A DNA stretch of 61,966 bases, counting the filler, from Anaerolineae bacterium (lineage in GTDB: Bacteria; Chloroflexota; Anaerolineae; Epilineales; Epilineaceae), in assembly GCA_029262755.1 (NCBI GenBank). It is 7 parts of 7 records of this genome, joined end to end, with 100 filler letters (N's around TTAATTAATTAA, not from the genome) between each part and the next. Parts side by side here need not be neighbours in the genome. Positions count along the whole stretch, not along the records: positions 42,052 to 61,966 come from JAJCYU010000176.1; 6 more parts are not named here. One strand, written 5' to 3'. Under the pieces are notes generated by a model. It was given only the letters and a program-made list of their open reading frames with translations, was not told where the DNA came from and searched no databases. The position numbers were made by a program, and so were the translations under genes. Positions 47,744 to 59,100 of the stretch are shown piece after piece; position 1 is the stretch's first letter; each line of letters opens with the position of its first letter.

Positions 47744-48736
47744 CTACGCCCTGTCCCTGTCCTTGTCCTTGTCCTTTTCCCCGACCGCGCCCTTGCCCCT
47801 GCTCCTTTCCTTGCCGCTACCTCTGTTCGACTTCCCATCCGCCTTCCCGCCGTCCACGTCCGCTTTGGGCGCAGCACGCTCCGGATGGTCGATGGCGGAC
47901 TCGAAGGCGGTGAGCATGCCGCGCAGGAGGGCGACCTCCCAGGCGTCTAGCGGAGACTTGGTGAAGATGCGGCGCACGCTGGCCTCGAAGCGGTCGGCCC
48001 GTTGCTTCTTGCTGAAGCGGACGCGGTCTAGAAGCGCAAGTAGCTGCGCGAAGTAGCCTTCGAGCTGCTGGTGGCTCACCGGGTCGCGATCGGGCGCGAG
48101 GGAAGGTGGGGCCTCCGCGGGGCGGCGCCAGGTGAAGACGTTGGCGCACGCGAGGAGCACGGCCTGCGCGAGGTTGAGCACCGGCGATTCGGGCGAGCAA
48201 GCCAGCTGCGCGGCCACGGTGCAGCGTCCGATCTCTTCGTTGCGCATGCCATCGGCCTCGCTGCCGAAAACCAATGCGACGGGTCCCTGGCGCGACGCCT
48301 CCGCGAGGCGCGGAAGCACGTCCTCGAAGGGCTCGACACGGTAGCGCGCCCGTTCGCGCGCGCTCGTTAGCCCGACGCTGAAGACCGTATCGGCGAGCGC
48401 CTCGTCGAGGCTGTCGACGACCTGCGCGTGCTTGATGACCTCCCACGAATGGCCGGCCGGGCGGCGTGCGTCGCTGGAGAGGTGCTTGAAGCGCGGCCGG
48501 ACCAGCCGCAAATCGGTAAGGCCCATGTTCAGCATCGCCCGCGCCGTGCGGCCAAGGTTGCCGGCGAATTCGGTGCGAACAAGAACGACGCGCACGCCGT
48601 CGAGGCGCACGCCGTCCGGAGCGGGCTCGGCGCCGACGGCGCGGCGGTGCGGGCGCACGAGGCCGAGGTGGCGGGCCAGGCGCTGCTTGCCGATGCGGGG
48701 ATCGGCGGGATCGTCGGTGGTCTTGGCTCGGGTCAT
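47744..48736 (-). CDS. trmJ: SPOUT tRNA/rRNA methyltransferase, TrmJ/LasT family
   Basis: VVLVRTEFAGNLGRTARAMLNMGLTDLRLVRP, ALVFGSEADGMRNEEI, LNLAQAV and EVALLRGM. Confidence 0.85.
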   Translation of the reverse strand: MTRAKTTDDPADPRIGKQRLARHLGLVRPHRRAVGAEPAPDGVRLDGVRVVLVRTEFAGNLGRTARAMLNMGLTDLRLVRPRFKHLSSDARRPAGHSWEVIKHAQVVDSLDEALADTVFSVGLTSARERARYRVEPFEDVLPRLAEASRQGPVALVFGSEADGMRNEEIGRCTVAAQLACSPESPVLNLAQAVLLACANVFTWRRPAEAPPSLAPDRDPVSHQQLEGYFAQLLALLDRVRFSKKQRADRFEASVRRIFTKSPLDAWEVALLRGMLTAFESAIDHPERAAPKADVDGGKADGKSNRGSGKERSRGKGAVGEKDKDKDRDRA

Positions 48737-49095
48737 GGCGGGGATGGTAGCAGAGGCAGCCGCGCGAGCAGGACGAATTCGACCCCGTGACCGATCGCGG
48801 GCGCGTGCTTCCTTTGCGAGCGCGGGAGGGGGTCGCTAGCATCGTCGCGGTCGAGTGCGTCGGCCGCCCCGTGCTCCAGCGTGGCGGCGAAAGGGGAGGG
48901 TCCCATGCAGGTGCCACCCGTTGTTGGGCTGTTCGGTTGGTCGATCGGGGCCCAAGCCGTGGCGGCTTGTTCGTCACACGTGATCTTGGCGTGGTCGAGC
49001 GCTTTGTTCGGCACCGCGGGAACCGCGCCACGGGTCACTGCCTTGACGCGAACGCGCGCGCTCACCGCTCGTGCAATCCAAGGTTGCACGTTCGC

Positions 49096-52014
49096 ATGAC
49101 GAGCGATCGCACGGCGTCGGGCTTGGAGCCACAACCCTCGGCCGAGGGTTCAGAGAGCCATGCCCCGCAGAACCGAGGGTCCAGCGGAATCGATCGCCGC
49201 CGACTCTTGGGCAGTGCTGCGGGCGCGCTGGGCGGCCTGTGGATGGGCGTCCCAATTTCGCGCACTCCCCGCGCACTCCTGGCCCGCGAGCCGCTGCAAC
49301 CACCCTTACAAACCCCGCACCGGGTGTACCTCGCGCCGGACGATCATACGGACTACATGTGGAGCGCGGACGAGGAAGGCTATGCGCGCGTGTTCGTCGA
49401 GACGCTCGACTGGGCGCTCGATCGCGCGGACGCCACGGCCGGTGCGCCGGCAGCGCATCAGGCGCGTTGGAACTGCGACGGCTCGCTGTGGATGTGGACC
49501 TATGAGCGGCAGCGCGATCAGGCCGCATTTCTGCGGCTGATCGAGCGCATTCGCGACGGGCACATCAGCGTGCCGCTCAACCCGCTCGTTTGCTGCTACG
49601 GCGGTGCGCCGGCGGAGGCCGTGCTGCGGGGCATGTACTACCCGGGCCGGATCGAACGACGGCACGGGCTGCGTTTTGCGCTCGCTCATTCCGTGGAGAA
49701 CCAGACGCTGCCCGCGGGCCTGGTGTCGCTTTTCGCCGGCGCGGGCGCACGCTGGTCGTGGAAGGGGATCTGCGGCTGCGCATCGAAGGTGGAGGATGCC
49801 GGCGACCGGCTCTACGACATCTATTGGTGGGAGGGCAAGGACGGCCGACGTCTGTTGATGAAGTGGCATTCGCTGCTGGGCGACAATCGCTCTAGCGGCG
49901 GCTATGCGGAAGCGCGCATGCCGGAGGAAGCCGTCCGGCTCGTCACGGACGATGCGCGCACGAGCGGCTTCGCAGCGCGCTATCCCTACAAGGTCATCGG
50001 GCTCTTCGGCCAGGGCTGGGACGATCTGCAGACCCAGGACGAGCGGGTACGCGACGCAGCCGTCGCGCTGACGGACCGCGAGCGCGAGGTGATCGTCTCG
50101 AACCAAGAAGACTTCTTCCGCGACTTCGAGGCGACATACGGCGAAGGGCTGCCCCGTTGGAGCGGCGCCTTCGGCAACGAGTGGGATCTGCTCGTGGCAT
50201 CCATGGCCGAGCTAACCGCGCGTGTCCGTCGCGCGACCGAGGCGCTGCGCTCGGCGGAGGCACTGGCTACGATCGCGTGCCGGCTCGACGCTTCGTTCAT
50301 GGATAGCCGCGAGACCGTGCGCGACCAGGCGTTCATGGACCTCGGGCTGTACTGGGAGCACGACTGGACGGCCAACGGCCCGGTCGCACGCTCGGCGCGC
50401 GCCGCGTGGCAACGCGCGTTGGCCGAGCGCATCGAAGGCTACGTCGACGGCCTTCGCGCGGACGCCACCTCCGTGGTGAGCGCGGCGATTCCGGCCGGCG
50501 ACGAGCCGCGTGTCGCCGCGTTCAACCCGCTCGGCTGGACGCGCGATGGGGTGCTCGAAGTACCCTGGGCGCCGATCGCGGCAGCGTTGGGAATCGATCC
50601 GGAGGCGCTGCGATCGTCGGGAGCGGAGGCCCCGTTGCCGGTGCATGCGATCGTCGTGAGTGACGGAACCGATGGCCGTGCCGATGATCCCGACGAGCGC
50701 GAAGAGGAAGCATTCGGATCGCTCGCGCTGCAGCCGGTGCGCAGGGACGGCGCCGATTGGCTGCGGTTGTGGGTGCCCCGCGTGCCCGCCATCGGGTATC
50801 GGCTCGTCGCGTTTCGGGCGGGTCCTGCGCCGGGTCCGGTGCGGCCGCCGGCGGCGGTCGTCACCGGGCGCACCGTTGTCAGCGATGCCTTTCAGTTGGA
50901 GCTGGACGAGCACGGGCGCATCACGCAGTTGTTGGACCGGGCACGGGGCAATCGCGATTTAGTGCGCGAGGTCGACGGTCGGCCGATGAACGCCCTGGCG
51001 CCGGGGGAGCGGGCCGGGCCGGGTATCGTCGAAGTGGAGAGCATCGGTCCCGTCTCCGTGACCTTGCGTGCGGCCAGCGACACCCCGCTGCGCCATGTCA
51101 CGCGCATCACGCTCTACGCGGGTTCGCCGCGCATGGACATTGAGAACACGATCACGGAGAACTTCGCGAGCACCTACGTATGGGACTTCGGCTTCAATCT
51201 GGACGGGGCTGAAGTGTGGCACGAAGAGGTCGGCGCGCTCCTGAAGGCGCGTCTTGAGACCGACGGCGGACACTACGCGGCGCGCAATGCCCGCTATGAC
51301 TGGATGAGCCTCGGCCACTTCGCCGCGATCGGGAACGCGACGCATTGGGCGGTGCTTTCCAACGCCGATTGCGCCTTCTTCAGGGTGGGGCGCAGCACGG
51401 CCGACCACCTGGACGATCGCACGCCGCGCCTGTCGGTGCTCGCCGGCGGGCAGGTCGATGGGCCGGAGCTTGGGATCCCCGATCAGGGTGGCGACGAGCG
51501 CTTCACGCAGCGCTTCGCGTTGTGGACGGCCGATCGCTACGACCCCGTAGCCGCCATGCGCGGTGCGCTCGAGCACCAGAACCCGCTGGTGGCCATCGCG
51601 GCGACTGGGGAGCGCGGACCGCTGCCCGCGAGCGACTGGTCGTGGATGCAGATCGATGAGCGCGCGGTCTTGCTGTGGGCGCTCAAGCCTGGGGAGGACG
51701 ATCCGGCCCGCGAGGTGATCGCCCGCGCGTGGAACCTCGGCGCACGCCGCGCAGACGCCACGGTGCGCATCACGCCGCCGTGGACGGTGCGCGAGGCGAC
51801 GCGCACGACGCACATCGAGACGCCGATCGCGGATGAGCCGACTGGCGGTGAAGGCGGCGAGCCCGCGGGTGTAGCCGCGGCGCAAGCGGTGCGCGGCGCG
51901 GTGCGGGTCGGCCTCGAGACGGGCGCGATGGAGACGTGGCGCATGCGCGTCGGCCGGCTCGGCGTCGAAGACCCCGGTCGCGTGGCGTATCTACCGGTCG
52001 TGCGCAAGGACTGA
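49096..52014 (+). CDS. Tat-exported GH38-like glycoside hydrolase with C-terminal YLP motif
   Basis: DRRRLLGSAAGALGGLWMG twin-arginine signal; HTDYMW, IYWWEGKDGRRLL, EHDW and AFNPLGWTR follow the GH38 architecture; ends AYLPVVRKD. Confidence 0.72.
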   Translation: MTSDRTASGLEPQPSAEGSESHAPQNRGSSGIDRRRLLGSAAGALGGLWMGVPISRTPRALLAREPLQPPLQTPHRVYLAPDDHTDYMWSADEEGYARVFVETLDWALDRADATAGAPAAHQARWNCDGSLWMWTYERQRDQAAFLRLIERIRDGHISVPLNPLVCCYGGAPAEAVLRGMYYPGRIERRHGLRFALAHSVENQTLPAGLVSLFAGAGARWSWKGICGCASKVEDAGDRLYDIYWWEGKDGRRLLMKWHSLLGDNRSSGGYAEARMPEEAVRLVTDDARTSGFAARYPYKVIGLFGQGWDDLQTQDERVRDAAVALTDREREVIVSNQEDFFRDFEATYGEGLPRWSGAFGNEWDLLVASMAELTARVRRATEALRSAEALATIACRLDASFMDSRETVRDQAFMDLGLYWEHDWTANGPVARSARAAWQRALAERIEGYVDGLRADATSVVSAAIPAGDEPRVAAFNPLGWTRDGVLEVPWAPIAAALGIDPEALRSSGAEAPLPVHAIVVSDGTDGRADDPDEREEEAFGSLALQPVRRDGADWLRLWVPRVPAIGYRLVAFRAGPAPGPVRPPAAVVTGRTVVSDAFQLELDEHGRITQLLDRARGNRDLVREVDGRPMNALAPGERAGPGIVEVESIGPVSVTLRAASDTPLRHVTRITLYAGSPRMDIENTITENFASTYVWDFGFNLDGAEVWHEEVGALLKARLETDGGHYAARNARYDWMSLGHFAAIGNATHWAVLSNADCAFFRVGRSTADHLDDRTPRLSVLAGGQVDGPELGIPDQGGDERFTQRFALWTADRYDPVAAMRGALEHQNPLVAIAATGERGPLPASDWSWMQIDERAVLLWALKPGEDDPAREVIARAWNLGARRADATVRITPPWTVREATRTTHIETPIADEPTGGEGGEPAGVAAAQAVRGAVRVGLETGAMETWRMRVGRLGVEDPGRVAYLPVVRKD

Positions 52015-52298
52015 GGGCTCGCGTCGACACAGAGCGGCGGTTCGCCCGACATCGATGATCTGCATGCCGGTTTGAATCGACCGTCTGATCGACGGAGATG
52101 GTGCGAATCGGGGGAGCCACCCACCTATCACGCGAGTCACGCGCAGTCTCGAAGCCCGTTACACCCTACGGCGCGCGTCTATCCTGGCGTGGGCTGGATG
52201 GCGGTGGCATCCTCGCTACGGATGCGCCGCCGGTGGCGGGTTGGCGGCGCTGCGCCCCACGAGGTCCCGCCGCCTCAATAACGGGAGGAACAATAGCG

Positions 52299-55200
52299 AT
52301 GAGATTACGACTGCTCGCTCTGCTGCTTGTCTTGCTATCCGCACCCACCGTTGCTAGTGCCAGCACGGTGGCCGGATCGGGTGAACACGCCAGCGACGCC
52401 CCCAGCGCCGTGACGTTCACCACGCAGACGCATCGCGTGATCGTGCGTCTGGCCACGCCCGCGCTCGCGCGCTACGCGGCCTCCGGCGCCGTCGACCGCG
52501 CAGCCATCTTCGATGACGAGGGCCTGCTCGACGAAGACAGCCCGGCTGCTCGTAGCCACTTGGCGCGCATCTCGGCCGAGCAAGAGGCCTTTCTGGCCCA
52601 GCTCGACAAGCAGGTTCCCGAAGCGGTGGTCGACCACTACGTCGACGAGCTCGGCGTGCAGCAGCCGCTGCGTTGGAGCGTGGTGTTCAACGGCATGACG
52701 CTCACGGCCGGGATGGACGCCGATGCCGACGCGCTCGCCGCGAAGGTGCGTGCGTTGCCGGGTGTGCTTTCCGCCGAGGTGGAAGGCCTGAACGAGCTGC
52801 ACATGTTCGACAGCCTTGGCGTGGTGAAGGCGATCGACGCCTGGAACGACGAGTTGGTGGGCGGCATGGAGAACGCCGGTCTCGGCATTCGCTTTGCTTC
52901 GGCCGACTGCGGAGCGCACAAAGATGCGCCCATGTTCGACGGCGCCGGCTTCGACTACCCCGACGGCTACCCACTCGGTGACGTGTCGAACACGAACGGC
53001 AAGATCATCGCCAGCCGCAGCTACTTCCGCAGCTACGATCCGCCGGCACGCGGCGAGGAAAACCCGTGGCCGGGCCCCGCGAGCATCGGGCACGGTGTGC
53101 ACACGATCGGCACGGCGGCGGGCAATCAGGTGGAGGTACAGCCGCTCAACAACCCCACGTATCCGAAAGAGACGATCGCCGGTGTAGCGCCGGGCGCCTA
53201 CATCATGAGCTATCGCATCTGCTATCAGGGTGTCTACGTTTCGGGCCGCAGTATCGGCGACGCCGAGGCGATCGCGGCGCATGAAGATCTGGTGCTCGAC
53301 GATGCCCAGGTGGTCAACAACTCGTGGGGCGGGGGGGCGGCGAGCATCGGTGGCGTCGCTGACCTTACGGAGGTCGCGCTTGAGAATGCGTGGCACGCCG
53401 GCGTCTTCGTTGCCGTGTCCAACGGTAACGCCGGCCCGCGCGCGGCCACGATGGACCATCCGTCGCCGCTCTATGTCAACGTAGGGAACACAACCAAGGG
53501 TTCGCGCTACGGCCAGACCGGCCTGAGCGTCATCGCGCCGGAAGGCGTGCCGCCGATTCTCAGCGGCATTCCCTTCACGCTGGCCGGGTTCGGCGCAGCA
53601 TTTGACCAGCCCAAGTACGGTCCCTACTTCTACAAGACGGCGGCTTCGGTCGACGAAACGAACTTCGAAGGCTGCAATCCCTACCCGGAGGGCACCTTCG
53701 ACGGTCAAGCTGCGGTGATCAGCCGCGGCACCTGTTCGTTCCACCAGAAAGTTTGGAATGCGGAGAACGCGGGCGCCATCTTGGCCGTCGTTCATAACGA
53801 CGAAGCGCGCGGCGAAGAGTTGATCACCATGAGCGCCGACCCGCCCATCTCCGCGACGATCCATGCCATGTTCGTGCCCTTTAGCGCGGGCTCGGCGATG
53901 ACCGATTGGTACGCGGCGCACCCGGGAGAGGCCGAGCTTCTGCTCGATTCTGCTTCAGCCAAGCTGACCTTCGCCTCGAATCCGGGTGCGGTGGTTGCAC
54001 CCGATACGGTCAACGCGGGCAGTAGCCGTGGACCGGCTGCCGGCAACGTGCTCAAGCCGGACTTGGCCGCGCCCGGTACGGACATCTTGTCTCAAGGATT
54101 CGGCCCCGGTCCCGGAGCGGCAGCGCACCTTCAGTTCGGCACGGCGACCGGCACCTCGATGTCTGCGCCGCACGTCGCGGGCGCGGCAGCCGTGTTGCGC
54201 GCGGTTTATCCGGAATGGACGATCGATCAGATCAAGTCCGCGCTGATGGCAACCGCGCAGTACATGGACATCATGCTGCCCGACGGCAGTGCCGCACAGC
54301 CGCTCGATATCGGCGCGGGCCGCCTTGATGTCGCCGCCGCGCTGGATCCGGGCGCGATCGCTTCGCCGCCCTCGTTGAGCTTCGGCCAGGTGGTCGAAGG
54401 CGTAACGGCGCAGATGACCTTCGAGCTACACAACGTCAGCGACGCGGCCGCGACCTACACGACCGGCTCCATCGACACGCGACCCGGGTTCGCTGCGACC
54501 ACTGACCTTGCGGGTGTGACGGTTAGCCCGGCTGAGGTGGAGCTCGCGCCCGGCGGGAAGGCAACGGTCACCGTCGAATGGGACACGACGGCCGCGGGCG
54601 GCTACGGCGATCAGCAAGGCTACATCACCCTCGATAGCGACGAGCACAACGTGCATCTGCCGGCGTGGATGCGCGTCGCGTATCCCCCGACGGGCAAGCA
54701 GGTGCTCCTGATCGACAATGACGGCGCGCTGGATGACAACGAAGCCAACCTCTCGGATTGGTATGAACAGACGCTGGACTCGGCGTTTATCAGCTACGAC
54801 GTTTGGGATGTGGATGACCAGATCGTGAGCGGCGCCCCGCTGTTGCCGCGCCCGGAGCATCTGAGCGCGTACGATTGGATCCTATTCCAGAGTGGAACGC
54901 ACAACGTCCAACTTCCTGGGATCTACACGCAGCAGCTCAACGAGTACATGAACGCCGGCGGGCGCATGGCCATCTTTGGTCAGAACAGCCACGCGATCTT
55001 CGGGGAGGGTACGGATCAGAGTTTGTTCTGGGACGTCACGTTGGCGGCCAGTCCGGCCATGATTCACTCTATCACCGGCGAAGAGGTCGTTACAACGACC
55101 TTGCTGCCCTTGATCGCGCCGCCGAACTCGCCGCTTGCAGGGCTGAACATGCGCTTCGACGTAAGCGGAACGGGTGACGGCGCGGGCAACCAGAGCATCA

Positions 55201-55817
55201 TCCACGAAGTCGACTTCGACAGCAACGCGATTCCGCTGCTGATGCACACGCTCACGTCGAAGACCTACGACGGCTACGTGGCCGCGGCGCGCAAGGAGTC
55301 GGCGTCGCTCGAGGTTCCCGGGGTGACCTATCCGGGACGTTCGATGCTGTTCAACCTTGGGCTTGAGGGCATCAACGACGACATCCCCAACCACAGCAAG
55401 CGCGAAGATCTGATGTTCGCGATGGATGCGTGGCTGACCAACGAAGCGGAGGTCAGCGTCGGCGTGGACGCAGCTCCTGCCAACGCCGTCACGTACTTCA
55501 CGATGACGGTGGGCTCGGACGCGGGTCGGCCGACGATGGCGCGCATCGACTACGGCGACGGCTCGCCGATCGGCGAATTCAACGCGGTGATCACCGGCCA
55601 GCCTTACAACGCGCTTGGCTTCCACGTCTACCGCCAGCCGGGCACCTATACGGTGCGCGTGCAGGGCGTCGACTCCTTCGGCGAGGTTGCATTCGCCGAG
55701 CTGGATGTCGATATCGAGGTCGGCGAAGATTACGTGCCGAGCTTGCCGCAAGGCGGGCGGCTCACGCTGCCTTGGTTGGCGCAGAACGCGATCCTCGGCG
55801 AGGTCGAGGGACCATAG
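52299..55817 (+). CDS. Exported S8 subtilase (propeptide, PA domain, Fn3-like, PKD-like, LP tail), paralog 1
   Basis: GGAGG SD and signal peptide; triad SADCG / HGVHTIGTAAG / GTSMSAPHVAG; SNGNAG; PA domain ISRGTCSFHQKV. Confidence 0.92.
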   Translation: MRLRLLALLLVLLSAPTVASASTVAGSGEHASDAPSAVTFTTQTHRVIVRLATPALARYAASGAVDRAAIFDDEGLLDEDSPAARSHLARISAEQEAFLAQLDKQVPEAVVDHYVDELGVQQPLRWSVVFNGMTLTAGMDADADALAAKVRALPGVLSAEVEGLNELHMFDSLGVVKAIDAWNDELVGGMENAGLGIRFASADCGAHKDAPMFDGAGFDYPDGYPLGDVSNTNGKIIASRSYFRSYDPPARGEENPWPGPASIGHGVHTIGTAAGNQVEVQPLNNPTYPKETIAGVAPGAYIMSYRICYQGVYVSGRSIGDAEAIAAHEDLVLDDAQVVNNSWGGGAASIGGVADLTEVALENAWHAGVFVAVSNGNAGPRAATMDHPSPLYVNVGNTTKGSRYGQTGLSVIAPEGVPPILSGIPFTLAGFGAAFDQPKYGPYFYKTAASVDETNFEGCNPYPEGTFDGQAAVISRGTCSFHQKVWNAENAGAILAVVHNDEARGEELITMSADPPISATIHAMFVPFSAGSAMTDWYAAHPGEAELLLDSASAKLTFASNPGAVVAPDTVNAGSSRGPAAGNVLKPDLAAPGTDILSQGFGPGPGAAAHLQFGTATGTSMSAPHVAGAAAVLRAVYPEWTIDQIKSALMATAQYMDIMLPDGSAAQPLDIGAGRLDVAAALDPGAIASPPSLSFGQVVEGVTAQMTFELHNVSDAAATYTTGSIDTRPGFAATTDLAGVTVSPAEVELAPGGKATVTVEWDTTAAGGYGDQQGYITLDSDEHNVHLPAWMRVAYPPTGKQVLLIDNDGALDDNEANLSDWYEQTLDSAFISYDVWDVDDQIVSGAPLLPRPEHLSAYDWILFQSGTHNVQLPGIYTQQLNEYMNAGGRMAIFGQNSHAIFGEGTDQSLFWDVTLAASPAMIHSITGEEVVTTTLLPLIAPPNSPLAGLNMRFDVSGTGDGAGNQSIIHEVDFDSNAIPLLMHTLTSKTYDGYVAAARKESASLEVPGVTYPGRSMLFNLGLEGINDDIPNHSKREDLMFAMDAWLTNEAEVSVGVDAAPANAVTYFTMTVGSDAGRPTMARIDYGDGSPIGEFNAVITGQPYNALGFHVYRQPGTYTVRVQGVDSFGEVAFAELDVDIEVGEDYVPSLPQGGRLTLPWLAQNAILGEVEGP

Positions 55818-55864
55818 TCGTCGGATCGTGAATTGAACCGGCTCAGGCCGGCGTAGCGAGCATT

Positions 55865-55895
55865 GAAGGGGGATCGCCCACGGCGGTCCCCTTTC
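55865..55895 (+). terminator. Hairpin/terminator between the two subtilase genes
   Basis: GAAGGGGGATCGCC-CAC-GGCGGTCCCCTTTC, a 14-bp stem with two G-U pairs. Confidence 0.55.
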
Positions 55896-56120
55896 GCGTT
55901 CAGGGGGGAGGGCGCGACCCGATCGCAAAACTAGGGGACACGCTTTGGTCCCGCTGGGCGTTACACAGGGCCGAACGGCTTGCCGTAGCACGGACAACGC
56001 GGCATCCTGGCGCGGTGAGGACTGCGTAAGAAGCAGATTCCATCCGCGTTCCAACTCCTTGCTGAACCAAGCTTCGATCCCCGTTCCATTCGCTCCCAAA
56101 AACGAGAGGAATTCGAAACA

Positions 56121-59100
56121 ATGCGCCTTACCCTGCTCGCCGTCTTGATGACGGCTTTGCTCTTCGCAACACCCGCGGCCGCTGCGCCTGCGGCGCAGCC
56201 CGCCCCGACCGACGGTCCGGTTGCCGCGGACCATTCGCATCGCGTGATCGTCCAGCTGACGACGCCATCGCTCGCGGAACTCGCGGCGTCCGGCGTCGTT
56301 GCCCGTGATGCATTGTTCAACGCGGAGGGCCTGCTCGACGTCGATTCACCCGTCGCGTTGGACCATCTCGCGACCATCGCGAACGAGCAGGCGGCCTTCG
56401 TCGCGCTGCTCGACAAGCACGTTCCGGGCGCCCAGATCGCGCGCTACGTGGACGAACACGGTGCGTCGCGCGCGTTGCGCACCCGCATCGTGCTCAACTC
56501 CGTGACCGTTGAAGCGGGCCTGAACGCGGACGTGGACGCCCTCGAGCGGGCGATTCTCGGCTTGCCCGGTGTGCGCGGCGTGGACCGCGACGCGCGCAAC
56601 GATCCGGATATGTACGACTCGATCGACTTGGTCAACGCACCGGCCATTTGGGATCACGAGGACGCAGGCGGCGTGGATAGCGCCGGCTCCGGAGTGCGTG
56701 TCGCATCGATGGACGGCGGCGTCCATCACGCCGCGGCGATGTTCGACGGCGAAGGCTACGACATGCCCGCCGGCTACCCGCTCGGCTACGTCGAGAACAC
56801 GAACGGCAAGATCATCGTCAGCCGCGCCTATTTCCGCAGCTGGGATCCTCCGCAGCCCGATGACGACACCTCGTGGCCCGGCGCGTTCGGCACGTCGCAC
56901 GGCGTGCACACGGCCGGCACGACGGCCGGCAACCGGATCGACGTGCACTTCCCCGGCGCCGAGGAGATGGAGGAGCCGGAAACGATCAGCGGCGTGGCCC
57001 CCAAGGCCCATCTCATGAGCTACCGGGTCTTCTATAGCAGCGTGAACGGCATCGGCAGCTTCTACAACGCGGAAGGCATCCAGTGTTTGGAAGACGTTGT
57101 CATCGACGGCGCGCAGGTGCTCAACAACTCCTGGGGCGGCGGCCCCGGTAGCGTCGGCGGCGAGTTCGACAGCCTGGACACCGCGTTGATCAACGCGTGG
57201 GAATCCGGCGTCTTCGTTTCGATGTCCAACGGCAACGCCGGTCCGAACCCGGGCACCGGCGACCATCCGACCTCCTCGGCCTACATCAACGTTGCGGCTT
57301 CCACGAAGGGCTCCTTCTACGCTTCGGTCGGCTTCGACGTCACGGCGCCAGAGCCGGTGAGCGACACGCTGAAGGGCATGCCCTACGGCACGGCCGGATT
57401 CGGTCCGCAGGTGCCGGTCGGCGAGACGGTCGGCCCGTTTAAGTACATGCCGGCCATCAACGTGGATCCCGCGAACTTCGAGGGCTGCGCTCCCTTCCCA
57501 GATGACTCCTTTACGGAGATGGCTGCGGTGATCAGCCGCGGTGCCTGCAACTTCACCACGAAGGTCATCAACGCCCAGAACGCCGGCGCCACCTTTGTCG
57601 TGGTTCACAACGACGAAGCACGCGGCGACGCGACGATGGGCATGGGCGGCGCGGATCCCGAGGTCGCGATTCCGTCGATTTTCATCGGCTACGGGAACGG
57701 CCAGCGCGTCATCGCATGGCACGGTGATCACGGCGAAGAGGCCGAGTTCACCCTCGACAACCGATTCTACAAGGTCAGCTCGTGGGACGAGGACGAGGGC
57801 GCAACCGCGCCGGACCAGATCGCGAACTTCTCCAGCCGTGGCCCCGGCGCGGGCAACACGCTCAAGCCCGAGATCGCCGCACCGGGCGTGGCGATCATGT
57901 CGGCCGGCTACGCGCCGGCTTCCGGTGAAGACCGGCACCTCGGCTACGGCCAGGTCGGCGGCACCTCGATGGCCTCGCCGCACGTGGCGGGCGCCGCAGC
58001 CATGCTGCGCCAGATCCACCCGGACTGGTCGAACGACGCGATCAAGTCGGCTCTGATGTCGACCTCGAAGTACATCGACATCGTCAACCAGAACGGAACG
58101 CCGGCGCAGCCGCTCGACATGGGTGCGGGTCGTTTGGATCTGGCCAACGCGGCCGATCCGGGCGTCATCCTCTCGCCGCCCTCGCTTGGCTTCGGCATGG
58201 TCGTGACCGGGACCACGGGCGCCATGACGATCGAGGTGACGAACATCACCGACGAGGCGGAGACGTACTCGCTCGGCGTGATCGACACGCGCGGCGGCTT
58301 CGACGCCATCGTGCCGCTGGCGGGCGTCAGCCTGTCCGCAGAGAGCCTGAACATCGGCGCGGGCGAGACCGCCAGCTTGGACGTCGAGTGGGACTCGACG
58401 ATGGGCGGCTACGGCGATCAGCAGGGCTACCTGGTCCTCGATGGCGAGATGCATCAGGCCCACGTGCCGCTTTGGGTACGGGTCGCGCATCCGCCGGCCG
58501 AGGCCGAGGTCTTGATCCTCGATAACGACGGTTCGAGCGTGGACGCCGCGATGGCCGACTACACGGGCGTCTACACGGCGGCGCTCGAGGCCATGGACCT
58601 CGCGTACGACGTGTACGAGGTGGACGCGCAGGACGGCGCCAACCGCATTCCCCCGGCCGGGTGGCTGAACCAGTACCCGTGGGTCATCTTGCAAACGGGC
58701 GACAATCCCGGCGTCAACGGCCCCGGCGGCCTCGGCCAGAATCGCTTGATGGAATACGCCAACGACGGCGGGCGCATCGCGGTCTTCGGCCAGGACGCGG
58801 CCGCAGTCCTTGGTTCGAATGCGAACGACGGCGGCAGCTTCTTCTTTAACGTCGCCCTCGGCGCCAACTGGCTCGCCGATTCGGTCAGCGGCAACGCGGT
58901 CTTCACGGACACGGTGCAGGTGCTGACCGGCGTACCGGGCTCGCCGCTGGATGGCATGGCGCTGGACGTCAGCGCAACCGGCGACGGCGCGGGCAACCTC
59001 AGCAGCATCGACATGCTCGAGTTCAGCGACGACGGCGTCTACGACAACCCCCTCGCCCTACTGCACTTCGCGCAGGGCGGCGGCGTCGTGGCCGGCGGCT

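Noticed and set aside
55921..55990. c-di-GMP-I riboswitch-like fragment (CGCAAAACTAGGGG...TTGCCG) upstream of subtilase 2
   Set aside because: No upstream GGCAAA/GNRA-capped P2 stem and the P3 pairing does not close. An Rfam cmscan would be decisive.
56346..58694. Long antisense or alternate-frame ORFs (e.g. 56346..58694, 8695..10449, 24603..25892, 59819..61048)
   Set aside because: Shadow ORFs expected in high-GC DNA. They overlap genes with clear family motifs and have none of their own.
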